A model generated the notes under the pieces. The model was not told the DNA's origin. It searched no databases and saw nothing but the letters and a program-made list of their open reading frames with translations. A program made the position numbers and the translations under genes. Source: Macrostomum lignano (taxonomy: Eukaryota). From it: a DNA stretch of 64,000 bases. Positions within the stretch are counted from its first letter, which is position 1. Each line of letters begins with the position of its first letter. The DNA lies in NCBI GenBank assembly GCA_002269645.1, contig NIVC01001129.1:1-64000 (forward strand), read 5' to 3'. Shown one piece after another: positions 1 to 12,470 of the stretch.

Positions 1-691
1 TTTTACATTTCAGTATTTCTGAAGTAGCATTTTTAGCTTGGGTCTTCTGTTCGGCCCGTTTTGGCTTCAAAAACGCAATTTCGTATTAAGAAGGAGGCCT
101 GCAAGTTGTAGTGGCCCACTATGCGCCCCCACAATATTGCGCTACCATTAAAATTGCGCAGACGTAAGAAGAGAATAATGACACGAGCTCAACTTTTATC
201 ACTCTTGGACATCGCAAACCCCACATTAGAGTTGCGTCCCATCGATTAAAACCTCTGCAAGTGTACTCAAACAAAAAACCCTTCCTTTGAGTTAAGTATA
301 GTCAGAGTACATTTTTAAGCTATCTGGAAATGTCACTTTTCAAAAAGTCTCAATAACATAACAACAGCTGGCATGTTCACAGTTTTAAATAATGTCCAAC
401 CTTGCCGCAGAAAATAGAGCGATCAAATTGCCGGTGGCGGAATTGCGCGGCAAAATTTTGGGGCGGTCATATTGTGGCGTCATATTGTGTCCTAGACCCC
501 TTGCGGTCCAACCCCCAAGGCACAGTGAAGTGTACATGCCTAACGATAAATAAAGTTAGGGCCGCTGTACACTCCTGTGGCGACTTTTACTTGACAATAT
601 CTTGTGAAAAAAAAAGTTGTGTGGCAGTTTTTGCTCAATAATTCCAATAAAATATCGATCTTTCAATAGTTTTCCTGCTTTAGCTGCTCAT

Positions 692-966
692 GTATACTCA
701 GCAACATCGAAAAGTCGCCATCATAGATGATTCCGTCTGTGGTCCCCACTTTCGGAGTGCAGGTAAAGTCTATTAATCCTTGCGACTGACGCAACTTAGC
801 TACGTCGCGACAGACTTGATTTGAGGAATTAAGTTGGGGGCGGTGTGCGAGGGTTGGACGGATTAAAGCTACCCCGATCAGTTTTCCGTATCTTTTTTTT
901 AGAATAACCAAGAGAAATCGCTCACTGGCGCATAGAGTGGCGACTCTTCAATGTTGCTGAGTATAC
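692..966. mobile_element. MITE (non-autonomous DNA transposon) with 29-bp terminal inverted repeats
   Basis: 692-720 GTATACTCAGCAACATCGAAAAGTCGCCA matches the reverse complement of 938-966 at 27/29. The interior has no convincing coding capacity. TA within the termini is compatible with a Tc1/mariner-type target (inference). Confidence 0.8.
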
Positions 967-1057
967 CTATTAGCAATCAGCGCCCCCCGTTGAGGAGCCA
1001 ACAATGAATGCAATACAAGTTTTTTAATAAACTGCATGTAGCTTCTTCTTGCAATAA

Positions 1058-1700
1058 CCTCAGCAATTCCCCTCGTAAGCCTTGACAGCTCAGCTATTCC
1101 CCCCGTGAACCTTGAAATTTAAAAAATCCCCCCGTGAGCCTTGACATCTCAGCAATTTCCCCAGTAAGCCTTGACATCTCAGTGATTCCCCCAGTAAGCC
1201 TTGACATCTCAGTGATTCCCCCAGTCAGCCTTGATATCTCAGTGATTCCCCCAGTAAGCCTTGACATCTCAGTAATTCCCCAATAAGCCTTGACGTCTCA
1301 GTGATTCCCCAGTAAGCCTTGACATCTCAGTGATTCCCCCAGTAAGCCTTGACATCTCAGTGATTCCCCCAGTAAGCCTTGACATCTCAGTGATTCCCCC
1401 AGTAAGCCTTGACATCTCAGTGATCCCCCCAGTAAGCCTTGACATCGTAGCAATTCCTCTCCAGTAAGCCTTGACATCTCAGCAATTTCCCCAGTCAGCC
1501 TCGACATCTCAGAAATTCCCCCAGTAAGCCTTGACATCTTAGCAATTCCTCCCCAGTAAGCGTTGCCATCTCAGCAATTCTCCCTTGAAGCTTTGACATC
1601 TCAGAAATCCCCCTCAAGCGTCGCAAGCCTTAATGCAATTTCTCCAGATTCTTGATCTCAGATATTTTATACGAGGCTTGACAGCTTAGCATTCCCCTGA
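1058..1700. repeat. ~30-bp minisatellite (CCCCAGTAAGCCTTGACATCTCAGTGATTC)n
   Basis: Tandem copies read directly; homogeneous at 1140-1560 with degenerate edges. Confidence 0.95.
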
Positions 1701-1764
1701 GAATCTTTTATGACGCTTCTTGTATTTTAAAATTTAATATAAAAATAATTAAAAATTTTGCACT

Positions 1765-1824
1765 ACTCAAAGATTCGAACCCAGGTCGCTGCATTAGCAA
1801 ATCAGCCTGTTCACATGCAGGCTA
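1765..1824 (-). mobile_element. tRNA-derived SINE head or tRNA pseudogene fragment
   Basis: Minus strand reads TAGCCTGCATGTG...CCTGGGTTCGAATC, i.e. A-box-like and B-box (GGTTCGAATC) Pol III motifs. No full cloverleaf seen. Confidence 0.45.
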
Positions 1825-2238
1825 GCTCTCTATTGAAATGCATTGTAGCATTTATGATTCAACACTCACAAGTTAGTTAGAGTAGAAATCACACGATGCA
1901 GTTATGGCATAATCAATTTCTCAGTCAGTCAGTATCAGTTTCAATTAAAGTTAACAATATGGTTACGCAATCTCTCTAAATCGTCTCGTGCTATGCTTCC
2001 ACACTGTTTTCGATAAATAAAAAGCCTTGTGTGATGCAATCTTTATCAGAATCAGAATTCAGTCAGTCCGTTTTTTCTGTAGCACAAGTCTCCTTGACCT
2101 TTGCAAAAAGCATGTTTTTCGAATATTTAATCCCTTTAGCATTGAGCAATTGAGGATTAGTATAGGTAGAAGTTACGGAGGATCTGAAAGGTGGGTAGAA
2201 TCATCCAGCATTGAAATTCCTTTTTTCTTCAATTTTAG

Positions 2239-2513
2239 TCGTTTCCACTGGCACAAATTTGACGGAATTCTTTTCGAGAGGCCAGCAGCCCAGCTTCATT
2301 CCACCAGCTGCCACGCGACCGTACATGACCAGCCAGTCGGTCAGCTACCTCGCCGAGTGCGCCGCGCTGTGCCGTGACAACATCCTCTGTCGTTATTTTC
2401 TGTTCTCCGGTGCAAACCGCAACTGCTCGATGTTCCAGTACTCCAGCATCCCAAGCGACTTCATCGGAATGTGGAACGGAAAGGAAGCCGGTTTTTGGAA
2501 GTTCTCTGGCTGA
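2239..2513 (+). CDS. Terminal exon encoding a PAN/Apple-like domain (lectin-cluster copy 1; upstream exons not found in window)
   Basis: Acceptor ttttag|TC (phase 1). Peptide ...ECAALCRDNILCRYFLF...CSMFQY has PAN-type Cys spacing and is a clear paralog of exon 6779-6505. Confidence 0.75.
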
Positions 2514-4199
2514 GTCGTCATTTTTGAATGCCAAATTTTTACCCAGTCAGCAGTTTAAAGTACGGTTAAATTACCGAGAGAAGGTATCGATTGCTACTGC
2601 AAGATGGCTTGTAGAAAGAACGGATAAGTTCCGTCTCTTAAGAAAATCTTTGAAGACTGGCTATACCGTAGTTGCTTACTTATCGCTGAGCCATCCACGT
2701 TAATCTTCACCTTTTAATTTTATACTCAAAACTAACTAAAAATGGTTTTTCTTTGAAAGAGATAAAATTCTCCATTTTTAAAATGAGTACGGCTTACTTG
2801 TTGTGACTGCTTCATTGCTTCTTTAACTGCTGAATTAAAAAAGCCTTATAATTTAAAATAATGTACAAAGTTATGTACAAAATATTTTAAAATTCATATC
2901 ACGATTTTTATTAATTAGCTTTCCTTTTTTAAGTCCGGCTTTTTTACAATAATGAGATATGCACTTTTCTTTCTAGCTAATTATTCTAGCTTACAAAAAA
3001 TTAAATTTGTTGGTAAAATGACACTGCGAGACAATAATAATTTAAAAGATAGCTACATATTTTTTATACAAAGCAGAAGTTTTGTAAAATAAACGTTTGC
3101 TTATCGCTTTATGTATTGTTATTACAAAAGCCAGCCTTGCAAGATTTTCCTAGAAACGAATTAATTTTCCGTTCTTTGACTAAATCCCTTGCTAATAATG
3201 ACTTAAGCAATTTAAACAAAAAATCTTTTTAATGCCAGTCACTCAGTGTAGTGTCCGGCGGGAAGTTTCGGTCAATCATTTTGATTAGCATGTAAATAAG
3301 ATGATACATTTATTAAAAATGGTACGTCTTGGTATATGAATTCATTTACTCGCCCAAGCAATTCTACATACTAAAAATTATTGATTAAATTTATTTTATG
3401 CCACAGCCTGGCAAAATTTACATGTACGAGTATATCTACTATAGTGCTTCTGCAGCAAATTAAAGCCTGCTGGTCCCATCGCTGCTGCATGTATTAATAT
3501 TTTATGAGGCATTCATGCTGAGCAACCCTGGTCTCCTGGGCCTGGGCTCAATTATTGTAGATATGCTGATTAATTAGTTGCGTTTTTAATTGCCTACCGT
3601 TTTTTATGTCAACGGCCAGGTAAAAATGGGGACGGTCAGCCGACAGGTAGCGACTTAATTTGGAAATGTAGTTTTTAGTACACCACCTGTCTGATCTGCC
3701 TCCGAGGCCTATCCGGCACAGGGGAATCGGAAAATAAATGGTGGAACAGCTAAGAGGGGGACGTCTGCGATCTTATTTTTGCTAGTTGAAATTTCTCAGG
3801 AGCGCGTACATACCGATTCTTAGTTAATTTTGTGCACCTAATGATATGACGCAGTTCCGAATATCCGGTTACCTGGTTTAAATTCTGATTAAAGATTAGT
3901 CCTGGACTCCTGGGGCTTACCAAGAGGATTGTCAAGCTTGGTTTGTGTTCGTCTCATGAGAGAGAATTCTTTAGACAGGTAGAGAAGGCGAATGGCTGAA
4001 GAGCGAGAAGACGCGCGTTTATTTTTCTTTAGCAACTCGCTCTTCACCCGCTCTGCAAATTGTTTTGCAGCAATGTTGCAGGAATATTGACGAATCATGT
4101 TTTTGCCATGTTGCTCAGAACAGCTGCATTCTGGCAGTTGTGTCATTTCTTTGATGGATTTAAATTGCTAAAACTTTCCACTGCCTCTATCTTCTTGAG

Positions 4200-4460
4200 T
4201 CATTTGGTAAAATGACTCATCTTCACCAGTAAGGTATTTAAAATTCGATGCTTTATTTGAGATTTCCTATTCGAATTTTCAAATTTATCACGGCGAGCAT
4301 TATAAAAGTTCCAACTGCACTTAACCAGGAAGTGAACTTCACTTTCTACCTCCACATGGCTCCTTGGGCAGGTACTACTTGAAGTATTCTCGTAAATGAT
4401 GCTTAATCTCGCAGACTTCATTGTTTTGCAATTATGGATTGGAAATTTCCCCGACATAAT
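4200..4460 (-). mobile_element. Decayed 3' fragment of non-LTR retrotransposon ORF2 (L2/CR1-group-like)
   Basis: Peptide TCPRSHVEVESEVHFLVKCSWNFYNARR resembles the C-terminal C..E.E.HFL..C..Y...R motif of LINE ORF2 proteins. Confidence 0.5.
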
Positions 4461-6504
4461 TTTTGGTTGAGTAGTACTAGTACCATTTGAAGCTGAGCAG
4501 GGCAGCTCAATAACAAACGCGCCTGAATCTCACGCCACAACCCCCTGGTCGATTCCATACGCAAACACATTCATTTGGGGCTTGTCCACGATATACAAGT
4601 TTTAATGCATAGAGTGGATTTTAAATCATTAAGTAGCAAATTAATTCTGACATAATCTTTCCACATACATTTACTCGTACTTGTGATCGCGGATCTGTGA
4701 GAAACAACACAAACACGGACACGTGTACGTAAGCAGGAGCACGTGTCTCGGGCTGACTTTGTACGAGCGTACGAGCCGTACACGAATCGATTGGCTTTTG
4801 GCAATCGACATTCTCAGCAGGCGGTCTGTTAGTCTATCATACTACTGTGCAGATAATTCCGGGAGTAGCAAAACGAAATTATTTGTTTTTAAAGAACAAT
4901 TAAGGCGCATAAAGTTTGAGAATTTTGAGTTAAAAGTTAGTCTCGAGCTTGCTGTCCGAAAAAGCTAAATTTAGCATCGCCATTGCATGACTCGTATTCG
5001 TTAGATCTGAAACAATTGTGTTTGATCTGATTGCGAAGAGATATTTAATACAATTGTATTGCGCGAAGCTGGAGGGCCTCATTGACGCACCGGGATTTCA
5101 ATATTTTCGCTAGTTAAAAATCAATTTATTTCCAGGTTCTAAATGGATTGGCAACAACAAAAGACTACTTTATCTACTTATCGCTTTCAAATACTTTTTA
5201 TCAGTCAAAATTGAATTCACTTTAATTGCCTCTTCTCTCTATTTTGAAATCAATTTTAGCTAATGCATTTCTGTTTTATTTGCCAGAAAACTCTGTTGAT
5301 TGCTATTGGTAACTGATTTCCGTTGTCGTCGACTGTTTGCTTCACTTGAGGAGAAATGTAATAAGCACCGGTACCTATAACTGTACTGAGTAAGCTTAGA
5401 AGGCTTTTAATGAACATTGAATTACGTAGACCACGGTTTGACCACGGCAAGAAACCGCACTGCTCCACGACAACGATCGCTTTTAATTTGATTTCGTTAT
5501 TGACGAAAAGAAACGAATCCATCTTAGGCACTATCAGCAACCATCACAGTACGAGCTCTACTTAGTCGGTTCTGGGACTTAGCGCCAAAGAGCAGACAAG
5601 CCCGCGTGCATGTGGCCATGCCATAACTGACTAGTGCAGTGAGGGTTACCGTAAACATTCTAGTTATCCGAGGTGGCAGGCCATTCCTCTATCACTTGGA
5701 TATCATATTTGTCTTTAGTATGCAACACAAAAAACATCAGAAAACAATTTGAAGGCAATTTTTTTCAATTAGCAATAGCTGAAGACAATCGGGTTTTAGA
5801 GTTGTACGAGAATATTTAATCATACGCAACAGCGTACGAGCAGGCCGAAAAAAATAAGGGTAGCTATAGTGACACAACAGCATAAAATCACTACAACATT
5901 TGGCTTTATTGAGTACACGTCTGGAATATAAAGACTCTGAATATCACCATGTAACAATGGACACTTCCGATAAAAAGGTACATGTAGGCAGATACAGGAG
6001 TAATCCTGGCTTTGTCAAACACAGGAGTATAAATTTCAATAAATATCCGTTAGGCACTTTGATTATTAAAATTATGAATCATAAATTTTGCGTACTGCAG
6101 AAACTAAACTGCAGCTGAAAATCCAAAGAATCCAAAAAATCTTGAGTAAACCAGAAAAAGTGGACATTTCGTTTTTTAATGTAACTTAAAATTGGCGACG
6201 CATCAAAGTTGTAAGAAAGAAAAAAATTGTCCCAAGCGAATTTCCATTGGAGAAGTAATCCAATATGAAGTTTTGAAGTAAGTCATATAGAAACACTTTA
6301 ACATAGTTACAATTACAAAAGGGTAAAAATCATTTCTTTCAAGCACAGTCTTTAGGTCTTGATCTAACTGAATAAATAGTCAATTAAAACCCACGTTGAC
6401 CATCTTTTACCTACAAGCCTAGCTAAACGTGTAATTTTGCTGGCATTTAGAACCAAATATCCAGTTTCCGAAGTTATCTATTTTATAAAAGTCTGCTGAC
6501 ACGC

Positions 6505-7556
6505 TCAGATTGAAAATACAAACCAGAAGTCGTTTTGCTCTTCGTTCCAAATTCCGATGAAGTCGCTTGGGATGCTGGAGTACTGGAACATCGAGCAGCT
6601 GCTGCTTTCAGCAGAGAACAGAAAATAGCGGCACAGCGGGTTGTCGCGGCAGTCCAGAGCGCACTCGGTGTTGCTCCTGGCTTTCACAGCAGAGCTGTAC
6701 GGTCGAGTGGCCAGTGGTGGAACGAAGCTGGGCTGCGTCTCCTGCATGTGGAAAGCGATGTTGGCGCTTTCAGGCATGACTGAAAAGAAGATCGGAGACA
6801 TTGAATCCAGCGGCTTCTCGAACAGGCAAAGTTGCGCTTTGTGATGTTCGCGCAGTGACTTTGGGTGCGTCAGGTAGCGCTAACTTTTGTGCGGCAGTGA
6901 CTGCTCTAATGTAGAAGTATTAGGATCTGGTACAAAGTACTTTTAACGATAGGAGATTCAAAGTAGACTCGCAGAAACCGTCAGCTTAGATTGAACTCAC
7001 CAGCTAGAATGTCGATCTCGCACAGGTGAAAAGATGTATCCGAGAGTCCAGAGACGTTCTTGTAGATAGCGAAGTACCTGCCAGCGACAGGCTGCACGCA
7101 GGTGAGGTTGATCGGGTTGCCATCGACAGTGGGAGTGCCGCCATAGTAGGCGCACAGGTTAAACAGGTCCTTGTTGAAGCTCGTCCAGACGGATGCCACT
7201 GACGTAGCAACTGAGAAAATTTTCAAGAGTAGTTCACTCGACAATTTAAACAGAGAATATTTTGCTAGCAATGAAGCCAAGACACTCACCAACACTCAGT
7301 TTTGTAGCTCGATTTGTGACACTGTCAATGCTGCTAATTCGATTCCACAGCACGGTACCGGAGACAAGGTAGACCTGCTGCATGTCCACCATCCACCAGG
7401 GCAGCGGATCGGATGGATGCGTATGAAAGCATTGAGCATTAAGAATGAGCTCGGAATTGGTGTTACCATCGTTTCCATGATCCGGGTTGTCAGCTGAGTT
7501 GAGCTTCGAAGACATCTTTGCCGTATTGTGTTTCGGAACGAAAACTGTTCGAGTGG
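6505..7556 (-). CDS. Fucolectin (FTP/F5-8C-like) + PAN/Apple protein, copy 2; exons 7556-7290, 7210-7001, 6779-6505; signal-peptide exon not found
   Basis: All junctions are GT-AG and phase 1. FTP motifs CFHT...PWWMVDM..VY.V....WNR, C....GRY, LCEIDI; PAN exon ECALDCRDNPLCRYF. Confidence 0.85.
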
Positions 7557-7989
7557 CTGAATGAGAAGGAATAATGAATTCTTTAGGGGTTAGGCGAATG
7601 ACGAAGACAGAAAGCAGAATGTGGAGGACAGCAAGCACAAAGCAAAGATCAGGTGAGCAACCCCAAACTCCAAAAAGCAGGTGAGTCAGAGGAGAGAGGA
7701 GTCAAAAGATGAACGGTAGGAGCCAAGGCAAGCAGACATAGATTGACGGGCTGCTAGGTTACCGGCACTGCCATCAGAGATGTACCGCGTGATGTGATGT
7801 AAGCGTTGCAGCCAAAACGTTGTCTATGATTTTATTGTCTCTCCCCTGGTTAAGCGTTCTTATCTCGTCACCCATTTTATTTAGGACCCTTTTAGGGCTT
7901 TCTTTGATTTACAGCTATCCCAATTTGCACTTTAAGTTGTGCCTCAATAAACGGCCTGTCATTTTTGTGAAGAACTAGTGCTGAATCAC

Positions 7990-8970
7990 CGGATTCACTT
8001 CACTGAGAAACCACCGAGCTGCGCCAATCTCACAGCAGTTTGATGCGGTCCACGCTTAGACCCGCATTAAAAGCAAAAGTCGCTCCACCACGCCGGAGCG
8101 AATGCGCCGAGAAGCTAGAAGCTTCCAGCCCGGTCTTGCAAGACAGACGATGCAGGCGGTGGCGGACCCCCGCTGAGTCAGAAGCCGCCAGGATCGCGGT
8201 GCTCTGAGAATATGGAGACTCTGAGACGCATCAGAAAGGCGATTCAGCTGCCAGTGATGTCGGAGCGCAGCCACAAGACACAACTTGAGAGTAGCTGCTG
8301 AGCTCGGGCCCATGACCGGGAGCTGGATTGTGTGAATGCACTGTCTTTGAACGAGCTACCTAGAGGTAACACCAGCGCGGCTGAACTTGACATCAGAGAT
8401 CCTGATCGCGCTCGCCGAGTCACCCGATTTCTTGCGGTTGCACAGATAATCGAGGCGGAGCATGCCGAACCAGCCCGTAAGCACGAGAGCCCACAGAGCA
8501 GCATCTGCCGGATCTGACAGCAGCAGCTGCGTTCCTGGGTCGCTTCGATCTCATCGCTCAGCTCCTGACCCGTCGTCGAGCGGTGGCGGTTGGGGGCGGT
8601 GGCTGAGGCTGCGGTTGGCTGTCGACCTCGCGCTGTCAGTTGATTCCTCTCTTCTGCTGGTTGAGTCGTCTTGTTCAGGGTCTTTGCTTTGTAAACATTT
8701 CAGGCGCGCTAACCGAGTTCGTTTGTTACCAGTAGTTGGTTGGCCAGCCGCGGAGAGTTGAGCTTTCAATTCTCGGGCAAGGCTAGCTTGGCTAGTTTGG
8801 CAAGGCTTAGCCGATTTGGCAAATTGAGCAGGTGTGCGACACCGCAAATAGAGCACAAGTTGGGGGTTTAAAATAGCTAGCCGCCACGCGACACCCCCCA
8901 ACGCTGACGTTACCTCGCCACCCCTAACACACTTTGTACGCGGCCTATAGCCGCCCATAAAGCACACTTT
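7990..8970 (-). mobile_element. Internally deleted DIRS/Ngaro-like tyrosine-recombinase retroelement (SAP-domain ORF joined to decayed YR)
   Basis: SAP-like ARELKAQLSAAGQPTTGNKRTRLARL at ~8790-8700. YR motifs across stops/frameshifts: DAALWALVLTGWFGMLRLDYL (~8500-8440), IHTIQLP, LCLVAAL, FSAHSLRRGGATFAFNAGLSVDRIKLL*DWRS (~8115-8020). No RT/RNase H between them. Confidence 0.8.
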
Positions 8971-10814
8971 ATATTGACCTCTTTAGGCAGGTAATGTCAT
9001 AATCGAGTGAATTCTTACTCACCCAGACTACCGGTTAGAAACAGTAGAATTAAGGTGATATCCGCCAAAGTAGAACGAAATTTGAAATTCATTATTTTTA
9101 AACAATTCAAAAACAATTCTGTGAGTCAAAAAGGGCCTATGCAGCTGGCTGGGCGAGAATGGCGAGGACGTTTTTCGAGGCAGTTATTCCTTTTTAATTA
9201 TCCAAGCTAATCTGCAGACTCGTCTGGTTGGAGAAAAAATGTTGAGAATCGCTACGGTTTCATTGGATGAAAATTTATCCAATTAAACGAATATATAAAA
9301 ATACGTCAACAGAGACAGCAAGAGTACGTCGTAAGCCGGTGTCCGCAGCGCAGTCTCCATCCGGAGAGTCCAGGAGGTGGATGGGCGCTCGCTCGGTAGG
9401 CCCTAGAATATTTAACAGTTTACCCTCGTAGCGACTTGCATTGATTAGGATGATGCATTGTTAAAGTTTGAACAAATCAGGCCCTCGTACCACTAAATTG
9501 TTGAATTTAGGTGCTTCAGTGATGATGATTGTGTTTAAAAAAAGTTTACAAGGCAAACCAAAAACATTGTTACGAGTATAAGGATTGAAATGGCACTGTG
9601 ATTGACTGACTGTAACAGTTATTAGCTTCATGGAGAGAGGAAGGTTCTTTGGGGATATTAGCCTAAACAGAAGTTCATTTATATGCTTTATTAAACCACT
9701 TTAAAGTCCATTTTCTTGCACTTTACGAAGTTGTAAAGTCACGAGGGATATATGGAAACATTTGGCAAGAGTAACCTGGCCTGCACCATCTGCGATGTTC
9801 CCAAGTTCCTTTCCGTCGATAATGGCACTGCAATGTGCAATTTGGACTTCGGAAGCCCGCTTGTACCCGCTCAGCGCAGTGAGACCGAGACTGGCTGTGG
9901 TTAGTGACGCGTTTGCGTATGTTGGCCTCTAGTACTCATATACAGGATTTTACTCATCAATTTCGAGAAAGTTTTCTTTCCAATGGGACGATAGAACCAT
10001 TGATCGCCGGGTTTGGTGCTCGGCTGCAGTTACAAGCGCTTCGCACCAGCCGGACGTTTACCCAGGAAATTTTCATATAGCCTGACATGACATCTTTTTG
10101 GGTCAGTTAATTCGAAGTGTCAAACCACTTTTGGTTTTGCTCACCTTGAAATTTGTGGCCTAGCTCTTGTATTTTTCATTTTCTCAATCAAATACTCAAT
10201 TTTATATGACTAAAAATGTAAGGCTCCTCCCAACAACTCCGTCTTTTTACGTCCAGTAAAGTCAAGTTGAAATGGATTCCGGGAATTATCCAGGTAACTT
10301 TCGCAAAATCTGTGGTTTTAAATAGCTTTAAATAGGTATGCCATAATTTCGATATTCCACTTAAATACCTCGCGTCTTCGGCTCTCGGGATAGACTACTT
10401 ATAAAGGCAAAATCTTTAGTAGGCTGTTGCGACTGGGTCAGTTGTTAAGATCTGATCTGGAGATTCTGTTGGGAAAATTTGGATCTCACGCGAAAAAAGT
10501 GTTTTGTCAATAGCTAGGGTTCTTGATTGATTCAGGATTCGGAACTTCTGAGTGCTACTAGCGGTTCGGATATCAAATCGAATCCAGAACTAACAGTTGT
10601 ATTTGTTAAACCTCAGAAGATTGCGACAGTTGAGAAGTGTTTAACTTTTACAGGTTTTAATTTTTGCCTAGCCAATGAAATCCTTCCAATTCTGTAGGCA
10701 GGACTTAGTCAGCATGCTCAGACACATATAAACAGCTTTCTGTATTTTAAAAGAATTAACGATTTCCGTAGAAGCTGCAACTCAAGCCAATTCGTCTCGA
10801 AAACAAGCGTCATC

Positions 10815-11899
10815 ATGAACATTATTGGGTTGATTCTCTTGGCTATGTGTCTGCCGATCATTACAGGTTTGTCTCCGCAAAAAATGCCCATTTTATTGTA
10901 TAATTGCATCACTACGGAAAGTTCAATGTTTCTACTTTTAATTCAGACTGTCGCAATTTCTTCATGGTACCAAAAAATCTGACCGCAAAGCAGTCGACGA
11001 AACACCAGACGGAAGACAATCCAAATCTAGTGAACAACGGTGATCGCAGTGGTACCTACGTATCTGGTGTCACCTGCACTCACGCTAGCGGTGATGATCC
11101 GGGACCTTGGTGGCTGCTGGACATGGGCCAGACTTACCTCATCAGTGGGGTTAACATTTGGAATAGATTGGATAACGACTGCGCGCAGAGATTTACGCAC
11201 AGTGGCGTTGGTAAGTGACCTGATGTAGCTGATTTATAAGATAACAGGATTCCTTTAAGTCATTTAACTGTGAAGCTACCAACGTAACAAATCATTACAC
11301 AGGAATCACTTCCGATCCGACGGTGTGGACAGACTTCAGCATCGACCTGCTCGACCCGTGCCACTTCAGGACTGACGTGCCTACAGTCGCGGACAATCCT
11401 CTGAAGTTCACCTGCGCCCGACCAACTTCCGGCAGGTACCTGGCCGTGTACAAGAACCTAACTGGCGTGCCCGATTTACTGACTGGGTTTCACTTCTGCG
11501 AGATTGACATCTACGCTTGTGAGTGTTGGCCTTGTTCAAAACTAATTGACAAAGAAGGTATAGCTGCTAATTGATAATCACTTTTTTTTCAAAACAGTCA
11601 CCAAAGATTCGTCTAAGTTGGTCGTCACCGAGACGCAGGCGAGCTTCTCTGCCTCATCCACTGCTGGCCTGCTGACAGCCTCTGCTCCACATCGGGTCAG
11701 ATCTCAGCTGGAATGCATGCTCCTGTGCTCTAGCCATCCGTACTGCCTGTACGCTCTGACGAGAACTACGTCCGCTGTCCTTGAATGTTGGCTATTTTCG
11801 TCGTTCAGCATCCCGACTAGCTTCATCAGCCTGTTTAATAATAGCAGCAACGATGGCGTTCGATTTCTCGGCCTCTACGGCGGTCTCTCGAAGCCATGA
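10815..11899 (+). CDS. Secreted fucolectin (FTP) + PAN/Apple protein, copy 3, complete; exons 10815-10866, 10947-11210, 11303-11518, 11598-11899
   Basis: Exon 1 MNIIGLILLAMCLPIIT is signal-peptide-like. All introns GT-AG, phase 1. FTP motifs CTH...PWWLLDMG..Y.I..V.IWNRLD..CAQR, FTC....GRY, FCEIDIY; PAN ECMLLCSSHPYC. Confidence 0.88.
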
Positions 11900-12001
11900 A
11901 TGAGAGGCTTTTAAAAAAGTCAAAGAAACGCTCAGATGTCAGATTATTTATTAACAACTAATGAGTCATCTGCTCTTATTCAAAAATATATAACTGGAAA
12001 T

Positions 12002-12470
12002 GCTGTCTAACACTTCTAATTCTAGCTGTCTAACATTTGATTCTAACTATCTAACATTTCTAATTCCAGCTGTCTAACAATTGATTATAACTATCTAACA
12101 TTTCTGATTCTAGCTGTCTAACATTTGATTCTAACTATCTAACAGTTCTGATTCTAGCTGTCTAACATTTGATTCTAACTATCTAACATTTCTAATTCCA
12201 GCTGTCTAACAATTGATTATAACTATCTAACATTTCTGATTCTAGCTGTCTAACATTTGATTCTAACTATCTAACAGTTCTGATTCTAGCTGTCTAACAT
12301 TTGATTCTAACTATCTAACATTTCTAATTCCAGCTGTCTAACAATTGATTATAACTATCTAACATTTCTGATTCTAGCTGTCTAACATTTGATTCTAACT
12401 ATCTAACAGTTCTGATTCTAGCTGTCTAACATTTGATTCTAACTATCTAAAAGTTCTGATTCTAGCTATT
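12002..12470. repeat. 21-23-bp minisatellite with TCTAACA core and higher-order repetition
   Basis: Alternating TCTAGCTGTCTAACATTTGAT and TCTAACTATCTAACATTTCTGAT units. Confidence 0.9.

Noticed and set aside
110-495. Degenerate inverted similarity (CCACAATAT blocks) suggesting an old MITE
   Set aside because: Too diverged to define termini or a TSD.
5256-5540. 94-aa minus ORF
   Set aside because: No recognisable homology or splice structure; left unannotated.
9300-9362. Candidate first exon for lectin copy 2 (METALRTPAYDVLLLSLL, minus)
   Set aside because: Its donor is phase 2 while exon 7556 needs phase 1; the peptide is only weakly signal-like.
9690-9895. Possible minus-strand exon (QSRSHCAERVQAGF...)
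   Set aside because: No recognisable domain and no phase-compatible neighbours.
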